Notes: generated from the letters alone by a model not told the origin. Shown: positions 50,957 to 60,871, counted from the stretch's first letter. The stretch is 64,000 nucleotides of DNA from a virus (IMGVR_UViG_3300021387_000573:60756-124755), one strand, 5' to 3'. Numbers and translations: made by a program.

Positions 50957-52903
50957 ATGCAAATTGAATTTAATCTGAATAAAGACTTTGAGCGGTTTCT
51001 GTTTTCTCTTGCCGAGAAATATGGAACGGACTTTGAAAAGCTTAATGGACTCCATAAAAGCCAACTCGATTACTCTGACTTTATGGACAACTTTATTGAC
51101 AGTGATACGGTGGCGGATGCGTCTGTAGATGGCAGTTCAAATGTACAAAAGAAAGACATAGTTACCCTGCGCTCCGAAATGTCAAAACCGCACGAAAAGC
51201 TGATGGCATACAATAAAATCTTTTATGAAATGAAGAAAAAGTATGGCCTGCGTATAGCAAAAAAGTGGTTTGAAGAGGAATGGAACAAAGCTCTTTATCT
51301 TCACGATGCCAATAGCGCTACTTTTGTTCCATACTGCTTCGCATACGACCTTCAAAAGATTGTTACTGACGGGCTGTACTATCTTGAGGATCATAACAAA
51401 CCAGAACCAGCAAAACATCTTGAGACATTCGTCGATTTTGTTAAGGAATTTATTAATTTTACAAGCAATCGCACATCTGGTGCATGCGGACTTCCGAATC
51501 TCATTCCTTATATGTGGTGGTTCTGGAAAGTGGATGTTGAAACGGGGCATTATCCTCGTAATCAGACGCCCGAGATTTTTGCAAAGAGCGAAATCCAGCG
51601 CGTTATTTTTGGGATGAACCAGCCATACACACGCGATGGGATTCAATCGGCATTCGTGAACACTTCTATATTTGATGGGGAATACTTTGACGCATTATTT
51701 GGCGGAATGACTTTTCCTGATGGTCGTTTTGCCATCGACAACAAAGAGGAAATCATGCAGTTCGAAAAATGGTTTCTCGAAGAAATGGCAGCCATCAAGG
51801 ATAAGGGTAGAATGTTCACTTTCCCTGTGAATACAATTTCTCTTCTGCGCAAAGACGGCAAATTTGTAGATGAACCGTTTGCACGATTCTCTTCAAATCA
51901 CAATCGTCGTTGGAACGACAGCAACTTCTTCTGTGACGACAATGTTACGTCGCTGTCAAATTGCTGCCGTCTAAAAAGTTCGATCAAAGATCTTGGATAT
52001 TTCAATAGTATCGGCGGAACCGCTTTGAAGGTTGGATCTATAAAGGTATCTACCATCAATCTTGCGCGTATTGCATACGAGTCTGAGGGAGACGAAAAAC
52101 GATTTCTGAAGATCTTGAAGGATAGACTCGTACTTGATATGAAACTCCTTGATGTGGTACGTGGTATCATAAAGAGAAATGTGGAGAAGAATCTCCTCCC
52201 GAACTTCAACGACGGCATGCTTGACTTTGAGCATCTTTATAATACCGTCGGGTTAAATGGCGTTTATGAGGTCATGAAATCTTTCGGTTACACCATAACA
52301 GATGACTTAGGTAAAACAAATTATACTAAGGACGCATATCGGTTTGGCGAAGCCATTTTTAAAACGTGCCACGAAGCGATTAGTGAGTTCACGGCAGATA
52401 AAGATTATATGGTGAATATTGAGCAGGTTCCCGGCGAAACGGCAGCGACAAAATTCCAGCAGGCAGACACGCTTCTATATCCGGAGCAGGTCGTCACAGA
52501 TCTTCCACTCTATGGGAATCAGTGGATTGCTCTTGGTATTCCGGCATCTCTAAAGGATCGCATTGATATTTGCGCGGCCTTTGACCACTACTGTGATGGT
52601 GGGTCTATTTGCCACATCAACGTTGATGCTCCTTTTGCAACAGATGAGCAAGCGTGGGATATGCTGAATTATATTACCGACAAAGGTGTAACTTATTTTG
52701 CGTTCAATGGGAAAATGAGCACGTGCGACAACGGCCATTTGTTTTACGGTGATATCTGCCCTGAGTGTGGAGAGCAAAAGACATCTGAATATACCAGGAC
52801 GGTCGGTTTCTATACGAAGACAAAATCTTGGTCGAAAGAACGAAAGGCGGAGTTCAAACTTCGCGAATGGATGCCGCTGAATGAAAAGGGAACGGATGCA
52901 TGA
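50957..52903 (+). CDS. nrdD: Anaerobic (class III) ribonucleotide reductase
   Basis: LYLHD, YC, TFP, NCCRL, CPECG, RTVGF glycyl-radical motif. Confidence 0.93.
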   Translation: MQIEFNLNKDFERFLFSLAEKYGTDFEKLNGLHKSQLDYSDFMDNFIDSDTVADASVDGSSNVQKKDIVTLRSEMSKPHEKLMAYNKIFYEMKKKYGLRIAKKWFEEEWNKALYLHDANSATFVPYCFAYDLQKIVTDGLYYLEDHNKPEPAKHLETFVDFVKEFINFTSNRTSGACGLPNLIPYMWWFWKVDVETGHYPRNQTPEIFAKSEIQRVIFGMNQPYTRDGIQSAFVNTSIFDGEYFDALFGGMTFPDGRFAIDNKEEIMQFEKWFLEEMAAIKDKGRMFTFPVNTISLLRKDGKFVDEPFARFSSNHNRRWNDSNFFCDDNVTSLSNCCRLKSSIKDLGYFNSIGGTALKVGSIKVSTINLARIAYESEGDEKRFLKILKDRLVLDMKLLDVVRGIIKRNVEKNLLPNFNDGMLDFEHLYNTVGLNGVYEVMKSFGYTITDDLGKTNYTKDAYRFGEAIFKTCHEAISEFTADKDYMVNIEQVPGETAATKFQQADTLLYPEQVVTDLPLYGNQWIALGIPASLKDRIDICAAFDHYCDGGSICHINVDAPFATDEQAWDMLNYITDKGVTYFAFNGKMSTCDNGHLFYGDICPECGEQKTSEYTRTVGFYTKTKSWSKERKAEFKLREWMPLNEKGTDA

Positions 52904-53502
52904 GCTCCGTTCCCGAACTGTCGAAAAATTATTTAGAAGAACAGTATATAAGGAATGGAAAAACGAGGAGCCAAATTGAATCCGAAACTGGAGTTAACAA
53001 AGTTAAAATAGGCACTTTGTTGCAGAAGTATGGGATTAAAAGGTCTTGTGTATATCGGCATGGCCTGAGCAAACATCCATTAAATGCTGTCTGGCGTGGC
53101 ATGAAGGAACGATGTACCAATAAGAATTCCGATAATTATCGTTGGTATGGGGAGAAAGGGATTGGCATTTGCGACGAATGGAAGACATTTGTACCATTTT
53201 ATACATGGGCAATAGAACATGGTTGGAATGAAAACATGTCTATCGATAGGATTGATAACAAACGTGGATACAGCCCAGATAATTGTAGGATTGTTCCATT
53301 GCACGATCAATTTCTCAATAGAAGTACAAACGTATATATCACGGTTGACGGTGTTACAAAACTTCAATGCGAGTGGGAAAGGTTTTTAAACCGCCCAAAA
53401 GGAGCTATCGCTAAATGGAAGCATAGGCGTGGGATCGATTATGCAATAAAGAAAATCCGAGAGGAGATTGAGTCACATTCTGATAAAAGGGCTTTTAGAT
53501 GA
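52900..53502 (+). CDS. Free-standing HNH homing endonuclease
   Basis: WRGMKERC, YGEKGI.ICDEW, SIDRIDN..GYSPDNCR. Confidence 0.85.
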   Translation: MSSVPELSKNYLEEQYIRNGKTRSQIESETGVNKVKIGTLLQKYGIKRSCVYRHGLSKHPLNAVWRGMKERCTNKNSDNYRWYGEKGIGICDEWKTFVPFYTWAIEHGWNENMSIDRIDNKRGYSPDNCRIVPLHDQFLNRSTNVYITVDGVTKLQCEWERFLNRPKGAIAKWKHRRGIDYAIKKIREEIESHSDKRAFR

Positions 53503-53956
53503 GGACTTTGTTAACTACAAAGTCCCATCCATGTTCATTAGTACAAACACTTGTACGTTTAAGTGCGACTATGAAAATGGCGGACATTACTGCCAAAACA
53601 GCGAACTCGTCAAACAAGAGCCTATCGACATAGACATCGATACAATTATCAAAAGATACCTCGGCAATCCCATTACAAAAGCTATTGTGTTTGGCGGTCT
53701 GGAACCATTTGATCAGTTTGTAGATGTATATGATCTGATCTTCAAATTGCGAAATGATTATGACTGCCAAGATACAGTTGTTATCTACACGGGCTACGAC
53801 GAATACGAGATTGATGGGAAACTCAACATGTTACTTTCAATTCCGAACATCGTTGTTAAATATGGGCGGTTCCGACCCGACAATTGCCCGCATTTTGACC
53901 AGATACTCGGCGTGAATTTGGCGAGCGATAACCAGTACGCACAGCAGATTTCATAA
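53468..53956 (+). CDS. nrdG: Anaerobic RNR activating radical SAM protein
   Basis: CTFKC...CQN, GGLEP, YTGY, ASDNQ. Confidence 0.88.
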   Translation: MSHILIKGLLDEDFVNYKVPSMFISTNTCTFKCDYENGGHYCQNSELVKQEPIDIDIDTIIKRYLGNPITKAIVFGGLEPFDQFVDVYDLIFKLRNDYDCQDTVVIYTGYDEYEIDGKLNMLLSIPNIVVKYGRFRPDNCPHFDQILGVNLASDNQYAQQIS

Positions 53957-53968
53957 ACAGGAGAAAGA

Positions 53969-54403
53969 ATGAGCGAGAGAATTATTATCAAGTATTTTGA
54001 CCCAGAGATTGAGCGTATCCACAAGATCGCCAAAGGCGACTGGTGCGATATCCGCGCAGCCGAAACAGTCGAGCTGAAAAAAGGTGAGTTCAAGCTGATC
54101 CCTCTGGGCATTGCCATGCAGCTCCCCGAAGGCTATGAGGCGCATGTCGTACCTCGCAGCAGCACCTTTAAGAATTTCGGTATTGTCCAGACGAACAGTT
54201 TCGGCGTGATCGATAATTCCTATTGCGGGGACAACGATCAGTGGTTCTTCCCGGCATACGCTCTGCGAGATACCATCATCCGTAAGAACGACAGAATCTG
54301 CCAGTTCCGTATCGCAAAGAAACAACCTGACCTTGAGTTTGAGGAAACTGACCATCTTTGTAATCCTGACCGTGGCGGACATGGAAGCACTGGAGTAAAG
54401 TGA
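53969..54403 (+). CDS. dut: Trimeric dUTPase
   Basis: [24 protein letters not shown]. Confidence 0.93.
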   Translation: MSERIIIKYFDPEIERIHKIAKGDWCDIRAAETVELKKGEFKLIPLGIAMQLPEGYEAHVVPRSSTFKNFGIVQTNSFGVIDNSYCGDNDQWFFPAYALRDTIIRKNDRICQFRIAKKQPDLEFEETDHLCNPDRGGHGSTGVK

Positions 54404-54675
54404 TGGATCAAGAAATCATCGAACTCGAAAACGAATTCATTGTGCTGGCCGTTCCGAAAAATACGGTCGAAGTTACAATTTCTGCAAAGGTCTATCACGA
54501 TGGCAAACTGCAAGATGTCCATAGGACTATGGACTTCCAAGAAGTACGCGATGCATTTAAAGAAGCGGAGCAAGGATATATCCCGTCTGATGCCGTGTTC
54601 TCCTTGACTCCGCTCGGGGAGAAGTATGCAGAAGAACTTATTAAAAAGCAGAGAGGTCTGTTTGAGGAGGAATGA
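54400..54675 (+). CDS. Hypothetical protein
   Basis: Coupled ORF. Confidence 0.65.
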   Translation: MMDQEIIELENEFIVLAVPKNTVEVTISAKVYHDGKLQDVHRTMDFQEVRDAFKEAEQGYIPSDAVFSLTPLGEKYAEELIKKQRGLFEEE

Positions 54676-54679
54676 GAAT

Positions 54680-55939
54680 TTGATTTATGGTATTAACGAC
54701 AAACCGAGCGTAGGCAAGACATTACTCTTTGGTTTACAGCTTATGCTTAGTGTGTTTGTGGCTTCAGTGCTTATTGCAAATATCTGCGGTGTTTCTGTCA
54801 GCGGCGCTTTGTTTGGTGCCGGCCTCGCAACCATTACCTATCTGGTCACAACGAAATGGCAGTCTCCCATGTTCGTTTCCAATAGCGGTGCTTTTGTCGC
54901 TCCGGTTCTGATCGCATTGGCGGCTGGCGGGTATCCTGCTGTAGCTGTTGGCGGCTTAACGACATGCCTTGTGTACTGTGCCTTTGGCTATATTTTCTCA
55001 AAAGTTCCGGTCGATAGGATTTACGAAGTCTTTCCGAAAGCACTGATCGGTGCCGTCACGATGGTAATTGGAATCACGCTCATGGGATTTATCGGTACAT
55101 ACGTTCAGGTAGGAGGGGAAACAAATATATGGGGAATCCTGATTGCATTGTTCACCGCTATCGTTATAGCGGTTACAAGCCACTATGCGAGAGGGATGGC
55201 GAAGATCCTGCCTTTCTTGATCGGTACGCTTGCCGGTTATGTATTCTCGATTATCTTGTCTATCGCTGGGATCATCAAGATCGTAGACTTCAGTGTGTTT
55301 CAGAACATGACGCTGATTGCAATGCCTGATCTCGCATTTACGCATTGGGGAACAGGCTTCGGATTTAATGTCGCATCCATCGTTGTCATTTATATCGCTT
55401 TTACAATCAGCGCCATGATGGAATGCCTCAGCGATCACGCGGCTCTTGGCAGCATTATCGGCACAGATCTATACAAAAAGCCTGGACTTGGCAGGATTTT
55501 TTCCGGAGAAGGTCTGGCAAATCTTGTTGGGTCCGTGCTCGGCGGCCTAGGCATCTGTTCCTATGGCGAGGGTGTTGCCTGTGTTGGTTATTCCATGGTC
55601 GCGTCAACGATCGTAACGGCAACTGCCGCCCTGATGCTTATGCTTCTTTCGTTTATCGCGCCAGTACAGGCGTTCATCGCGTCGATCCCAAGCTGCGTAT
55701 TTGGAGGAGCCGCCATCGTTCTCTATGGCTTCATTGCCTGTTCCGGCGTCAAGATGCTCCAGCAGGTTGATCTGAATAACCAGAAGAACCTTATTATGGT
55801 GTCCAGCGTTCTGTCTCTTGGCATCAGCGGGCTGGCCATTGGAGGTGCTACCTTTGCCATCAGCGGAACTGCGCTTGCGCTAGTGTTTGGCGTTGTTCTG
55901 AATCTTATCTTAAAGGAGAAAGAGATTGAAAAAGTTTAA
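54680..55939 (+). CDS. NCS2 family nucleobase (uracil/xanthine) permease
   Basis: About 12 TM helices; GLQ, SNSGAFV, ECLSDH, SYGE, IPSCVFGG motifs of the UraA/PyrP family. Confidence 0.88.
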   Translation: MIYGINDKPSVGKTLLFGLQLMLSVFVASVLIANICGVSVSGALFGAGLATITYLVTTKWQSPMFVSNSGAFVAPVLIALAAGGYPAVAVGGLTTCLVYCAFGYIFSKVPVDRIYEVFPKALIGAVTMVIGITLMGFIGTYVQVGGETNIWGILIALFTAIVIAVTSHYARGMAKILPFLIGTLAGYVFSIILSIAGIIKIVDFSVFQNMTLIAMPDLAFTHWGTGFGFNVASIVVIYIAFTISAMMECLSDHAALGSIIGTDLYKKPGLGRIFSGEGLANLVGSVLGGLGICSYGEGVACVGYSMVASTIVTATAALMLMLLSFIAPVQAFIASIPSCVFGGAAIVLYGFIACSGVKMLQQVDLNNQKNLIMVSSVLSLGISGLAIGGATFAISGTALALVFGVVLNLILKEKEIEKV

Positions 55940-56450
55940 TGCTTATTTGGCTGGTCCAATCTTCACCTATGGAGACCTGCTCCGAAATACAGAGTGGGCG
56001 TCAAAATTGCGCAATGCTTTCCCGGAGATGGACCTTTATTCTCCTGTAGAGAATACGGATATCAACGGTGTGGAAGGGAAGAAAAAGTTCGCAGGCTCAA
56101 AAGAAGTAGCTGCAGCGGATAATGCCAGACTCGATAAAACAGATGTGCTCATTGCCTGCATTGATGGAGACGTTCTCCCTGCCGGCACATGTGCCGAAAT
56201 CGGCAAATTCCATGAAAAGATCACACGCGGCGATAACAAATGCCTTGTCGGGATCTGCACGGACAACAGACAATGCTTCCTGACCCACAGCGAAGCGAAA
56301 GATGCTGGCGGAGCCTCGTCGCCGGGAGAGCAGCAATACTCCTATCAGAACATTTATGTCACCGGGCTCATCAAAGAGTACGGTGTTCTCGTCAGCAACA
56401 TTGATGACGTGATCTCCGCTATCAAAGAATGGAGAAAGAATATTGCATAA
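55926..56450 (+). CDS. Nucleoside 2-deoxyribosyltransferase family protein
   Basis: YLAGPIF, YSP, D...L...D, GTCAEIG. Confidence 0.85.
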   Translation: MKKFNAYLAGPIFTYGDLLRNTEWASKLRNAFPEMDLYSPVENTDINGVEGKKKFAGSKEVAAADNARLDKTDVLIACIDGDVLPAGTCAEIGKFHEKITRGDNKCLVGICTDNRQCFLTHSEAKDAGGASSPGEQQYSYQNIYVTGLIKEYGVLVSNIDDVISAIKEWRKNIA

Positions 56451-56733
56451 ATACATAAGCCTTGACTACCTCATGGGGAAGACCGATGCCTTTCCATATT
56501 CATACAGAGCGGTTTACGAGCACATTCTTGCGAATGCTCCGGTCAAAGAGTTTGATGATAACGAACTGATATCCGTTCGAACCAATCTCTATGATGAGGA
56601 AGAAATCCATAAAAACTGCACGGTGCAGATCTGGCGCAATTCTGTAACAGGAGAAACGTCATTCGGCTGGTGGGACAACGCAGATCAGACAGATCAGAAT
56701 GAGTGCGAACTGTACGGAGATATGGAGGATTAA
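56443..56733 (+). CDS. Hypothetical protein
   Basis: Coupled ORF. Confidence 0.6.
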   Translation: MHKYISLDYLMGKTDAFPYSYRAVYEHILANAPVKEFDDNELISVRTNLYDEEEIHKNCTVQIWRNSVTGETSFGWWDNADQTDQNECELYGDMED

Positions 56734-57504
56734 ATGGTCTATATCACAGGCGACACCCATGCCGACTTCAGCCGATTCACATCAAGGAATTTCCAGGAAA
56801 TCAAAGAAATGACCAAGGATGACATTGTTATCATCCTTGGTGATTTCGGCGGCATCTGGGATTACAAGCAGAGCAGCGACAGGGAAAAAGGAAGACTCAA
56901 ATTCCTGGAAGAGAAACCATGCACTTTCTGCTTTGTCGATGGCAATCATGAAAACTACGACAGGTTGAACGGTGATGAATTCCCGGTCGTTGATTTCCAT
57001 GGCGGTAAAGCGCACCAGATCCGAAGCAACATCTTCCACCTAATGCGCGGACACATTTTCGACTTTGAATGCAAGAAGTTCTTCGTCATGGGCGGCGCGA
57101 GTTCGCACGACATACAAGACGGCATTCTCGACCCAGAGAAATATTCCGATCCCGAGCTCTTTGAGCGCACTTATCGTCGCTGGTATAACCAAGGCCGCAT
57201 GTTCCGTGTAAACCATGTGTCCTGGTGGGAGCGTGAGATCCCAAGTGAGGAAGAACTGGAACGAGGCAAAGATACGCTGCGAAACGCCGGACATAAAGTT
57301 GACTATGTTCTAACACATTGTCTGCCGCAAACAGTGTGCGGGGCTCTCGGCTACTACGGCTCTGACCGCCTGACTCAATACTTCGACGAACTGCTGGAAG
57401 AAGGACTTAAGTTCAAAGAGTGGCACTGCGGACATTACCATCAGATTTATGATGCACTTGGTAAGTATCACATCCACTATGAAGATATCCAGCGGCTGTT
57501 ATGA
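56734..57504 (+). CDS. Calcineurin-like metallophosphoesterase
   Basis: GDTH, GDFG, GNHE, TH, GHYH. Confidence 0.92.
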   Translation: MVYITGDTHADFSRFTSRNFQEIKEMTKDDIVIILGDFGGIWDYKQSSDREKGRLKFLEEKPCTFCFVDGNHENYDRLNGDEFPVVDFHGGKAHQIRSNIFHLMRGHIFDFECKKFFVMGGASSHDIQDGILDPEKYSDPELFERTYRRWYNQGRMFRVNHVSWWEREIPSEEELERGKDTLRNAGHKVDYVLTHCLPQTVCGALGYYGSDRLTQYFDELLEEGLKFKEWHCGHYHQIYDALGKYHIHYEDIQRLL

Positions 57505-57519
57505 AAGGATTCTTTTATC

Positions 57520-59048
57520 ATGAAAACAGATGTAGAGCAGTGCTTCGTCCGTGAGTGGGAGCATGTTCCTGGTAACGGGTTTAATCATGGATGGAGGTGC
57601 CCAATTTGCATGAAGACTGTCTGGCTTGATCTTGGTATTTCACCGGATGACTGTGACATGCACTATTGCACATGCTGCGGCGAACCGCTTATGGAACACG
57701 GCGGCACGTTCATAGGATGGAAGCCTGAATTAGAATCTGAACCGCAAAAATAAAAGTGCCCAATTCATGGGCACTTTTAAAGGTCAAAATTAATGATAAA
57801 AAAAAATACTGGTTTTATTTGATGGAGGATAAATGGACGAGGTAGCGAGATACAGAAAGAAAAAGCCGCAGAACTCAAAGGCCAGCAAGCGAGCAGATCA
57901 TAAACACCAGTATGAAAAGTCCATCACAATGCACACTGGTCTGAACGGTGACTTGCCTCCGTCATTCTACTGGTCAACGCACTGCTCAATCTGTGGCAGG
58001 TCTGGCGACTTCTCCCTTGACAACGACGATTTCCGTAAACCGGAATATAAAGGACGCAGCCTGTTCTGGTATCAAGACATGTATCTGCCAAAAGAAGTGG
58101 TTTTCGCTATGTATCCAGATATTCATATATATACAAATGTGCCAAACGAGTTTGGCAAAGAAATTAGAGTTCGATAAAATATAGGAGAGTTTATGAACAA
58201 AGGTAATTGGACAAAGGTAGATGCTAACCTGGTTTACAACAAAAACGGAATATACGCGGCTGCATATAGATGCAGTGAATGCGGCGATTGTGCGCCGTTT
58301 AAATCCAAGTATTGTCCAAGTTGCGGAGCCAACATGCAGGTAGAGAAAAGTATCGAAGAACTGATTGCCGATCTTAGGAAGTTTGGAGGCTACTGCGACA
58401 GACGGGGAGACGGAGAACATAGTGAACTGGTTAAACAGGCAGCCAGTGTTATCGAAAATTTTACGAGTAGGTCAACTTGATTAAAGAAGTGTTTTATCTG
58501 GAGAACAGATGAGAAATCTACAATCGATTGAGTTCCAGTTTGAGAACTGCGAATACTTCAGTATTGATGCCAAATACATAGGAGCCTTCTACGTTGGCGA
58601 TATCAGCCATGAAGTCAGCCGCATCGCCTGTAATGCAATCTGCGATATGGACGTTGCTCACGAATTCTGTGCAGAGATATATGGGGAAGGGAATGATACT
58701 TATTCGTCCTGGTGTGACAACCTCGACAAGTTTAATAGAATCCTTTCCTATGACGACATCACCAGCGTAACATTAAAATATGATAATGGCTCGGAAGAAG
58801 AACTGTATCTTGATTATAAAGTGGTGGCAGGAGAGGAAGATATGCTTGGCGCTAATAATGTCAACCAGTCGTCCAAGAAATCAAAACTCGGAAACCTATA
58901 CATAGTAGTTCACAGTTACAAAACTGTTGATAGCGAGTTTCCTGATTCCGAGATTGAAGATGCTGACAAGATCGATTTTGAAAAAGAGATGATCGGAGTC
59001 AACGATCCAGAACCATTTACAGAAACAGAAGCGACTAACGCAAAATAA
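57520..59048 (+). CDS. Four hypothetical genes (57520-57753, 57833-58177, 58193-58480, 58509-59048)
   Basis: Tandem ORFs with Zn-ribbon motifs; separated by the palindromic repeats. Confidence 0.65.
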
Positions 59049-59149
59049 AAAGTGCCCATGAATTGGGAACTTACATCTGAATAAAAACAGTGTTTTATAA
59101 TCAAAAGGCGATGGGTATCCATCGCCTAAACGCATAAGAAAGGATTAAA

Positions 59150-59332
59150 ATGTTTTCTGAGTATAAAGATATTGTGACAATAAATGAAGTGGCGGAAATG
59201 CTTTGCATGAAGCCATACAGAATTTATGAACTGATTAAAGATGGGAGATTAAAAAGACTGAATACAGGGAAGCCTTACGTGATCCCGAAAACGGAGGTAA
59301 TTCGATTTGTTGAGAGTTCGATCCTTGAGTAA
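59150..59332 (+). CDS. xis: Excisionase-like HTH protein
   Basis: DIVTINEVAEML...IYELIKDG.L...GKPYVIPK; upstream of the integrase. Confidence 0.8.
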   Translation: MFSEYKDIVTINEVAEMLCMKPYRIYELIKDGRLKRLNTGKPYVIPKTEVIRFVESSILE

Positions 59333-59398
59333 ACGCTCGATATATGGTATAATTACTAATACATATATGTGGCGGCTTCTACCAATGGGAGGTGCAAA

Positions 59399-60556
59399 AT
59401 GGTAACAGGAAGCCTGCAAACAAAGAAAAACATCTATTACGCCGTGTTGAATCTTGAAGATGAAAACGGCAAGCGCAAACAAAAGTGGATATCAACAGGG
59501 TATAACACGACCGGGCACAACAAAAGAGCGGCGAAGAAAGTTCTTGATGACTTGATCGACAAATATGAAAAAACGCCAAAACCGATGCGGGTTCCATGCG
59601 GCGATATGTTCTATGAGTACGCAGAGAATTGGGTCTCTACGGCAGAGTTTATTTATGATCCCGTGACTTATCAGGGGTATAAGAGCGCCGCACAAAACCA
59701 TATAATTCCATTTTTCAAGAAGAAGAACATTCGGCTTTGCGATGTCACGCCAGAGGTAATCCAAGCATTCTCAACACATTTGTCCAAAGATGGGAATCTG
59801 AAAACTGGTGGGAAGTTATCTGGCAAATCTGTGCGGAACTATCTCACCGTTTTAAGCCAAATTTGCGAAGATGCCGTAGAGAAAAAGAAGATTGCAGAAA
59901 ATCCTGTGAAATTTGTCAAGAAACCGAAGAAGGTAAAATATAAACCTTCATTCTACGCCGCCGGTCAAATGCGACAGTTGTTTTCTGAAATCGATTCGGA
60001 ACCGATAGCGCCACTTATAATAGTGACCGCTGTTCTTGGGCTCAGGCGCAGCGAGTTGCTTGGGCTAAAGTGGGATAGTATTGATTTTGAAAACAAAGAA
60101 ATCACGATCAGGCATGTTGTCTCTAAGTTTTCCACTATTGTCGAAAAGGATGACACGAAGACAGAAGAGAGCCACAGAACATATCACATGACTCCACAGA
60201 TTGAAAAAATCTTCTTAGAAGCAAAGACGACAGAAGACCGGAACAGGAGAATGTTTGGCGACCATTATATTGAAAACGACTATGTTTTTAAGTGGGATAA
60301 CGGGAAACCATACGCGCCGGATTATATTTCTCGTAAGTTCAAAAAGATTCTCAAGAAGTATGGTCTTCCAGTAATCCGCCTTCACGATCTTCGACACTCC
60401 TGTGCGAGCATCCTTCTTGAGTCCGGACACAACCTCAAAGATGTTCAGCAATGGCTTGGCCATTCAGATATCCAAACCACAGGAAATGTCTATGGACACT
60501 TAACAAACGACCATTTGAAGACTGTTGGAAACGATATTTGCAATGAACTTTTCTAA
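59399..60556 (+). CDS. int: Tyrosine integrase with arm-binding domain
   Basis: GLRRSE, HDLRH, LGHS, VY; N-terminal GKRKQKWISTG. Confidence 0.95.
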   Translation: MVTGSLQTKKNIYYAVLNLEDENGKRKQKWISTGYNTTGHNKRAAKKVLDDLIDKYEKTPKPMRVPCGDMFYEYAENWVSTAEFIYDPVTYQGYKSAAQNHIIPFFKKKNIRLCDVTPEVIQAFSTHLSKDGNLKTGGKLSGKSVRNYLTVLSQICEDAVEKKKIAENPVKFVKKPKKVKYKPSFYAAGQMRQLFSEIDSEPIAPLIIVTAVLGLRRSELLGLKWDSIDFENKEITIRHVVSKFSTIVEKDDTKTEESHRTYHMTPQIEKIFLEAKTTEDRNRRMFGDHYIENDYVFKWDNGKPYAPDYISRKFKKILKKYGLPVIRLHDLRHSCASILLESGHNLKDVQQWLGHSDIQTTGNVYGHLTNDHLKTVGNDICNELF

Positions 60557-60574
60557 GTGCACTTTCCTGCACTA

Positions 60575-60871
60575 TGTTAGAACTTTTGTTAGAACAGTTG
60601 GACGCGATTCATAAATTGCCTTGAAAAGTTTAAAAAAGTCGCCAATTTCTTTCAAAATCAGCGACTTTTTGGTCGGAGTGGCGAGACTTGAACTCGCGGC
60701 CTCATGGTCCCGAACCAAATATCAGATATCAAATGTGGTCAAATCTTGTTAAATCCATACAAAAGTAGTGCGATTGATATTCACAAAATGGCTTTGACCT
60801 TGTGCGATTTGACGAAATTAAACAAGAATTAACTAAATTTAAAACACATTCGTTAGAACTGTGTTAGAACT
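60575..60871. other. attP: core = 3' half of tRNA-Pro(CGG) (60670-60717, - strand), flanked by arm-type repeats
   Basis: Reverse complement TGGTTCGGGACCA...GAGTTCAAGTCTCGCCACTCCGACCA, with no 5' tRNA half; paired GTTAGAAC direct repeats at 60576/60588 and 60852/60863. Confidence 0.85.

Larger units (their letters stand above)
9419..59073. repeat. Dispersed 25-bp palindrome AAAGTGCCC-N7-GGGCACTTT (5 copies)
   Basis: 9419, 12886, 26380, 57753, 59049. Confidence 0.85.
99..59098. repeat. Dispersed 18-bp palindrome ATNAAA-N6-TTTNAT at gene junctions (about 30 copies)
   Basis: Copies listed in findings. Confidence 0.8.

Noticed and set aside
60670-60717. Functional tRNA-Pro(CGG) gene
   Set aside because: D-arm and 5' acceptor strand are missing; interpreted as the att core
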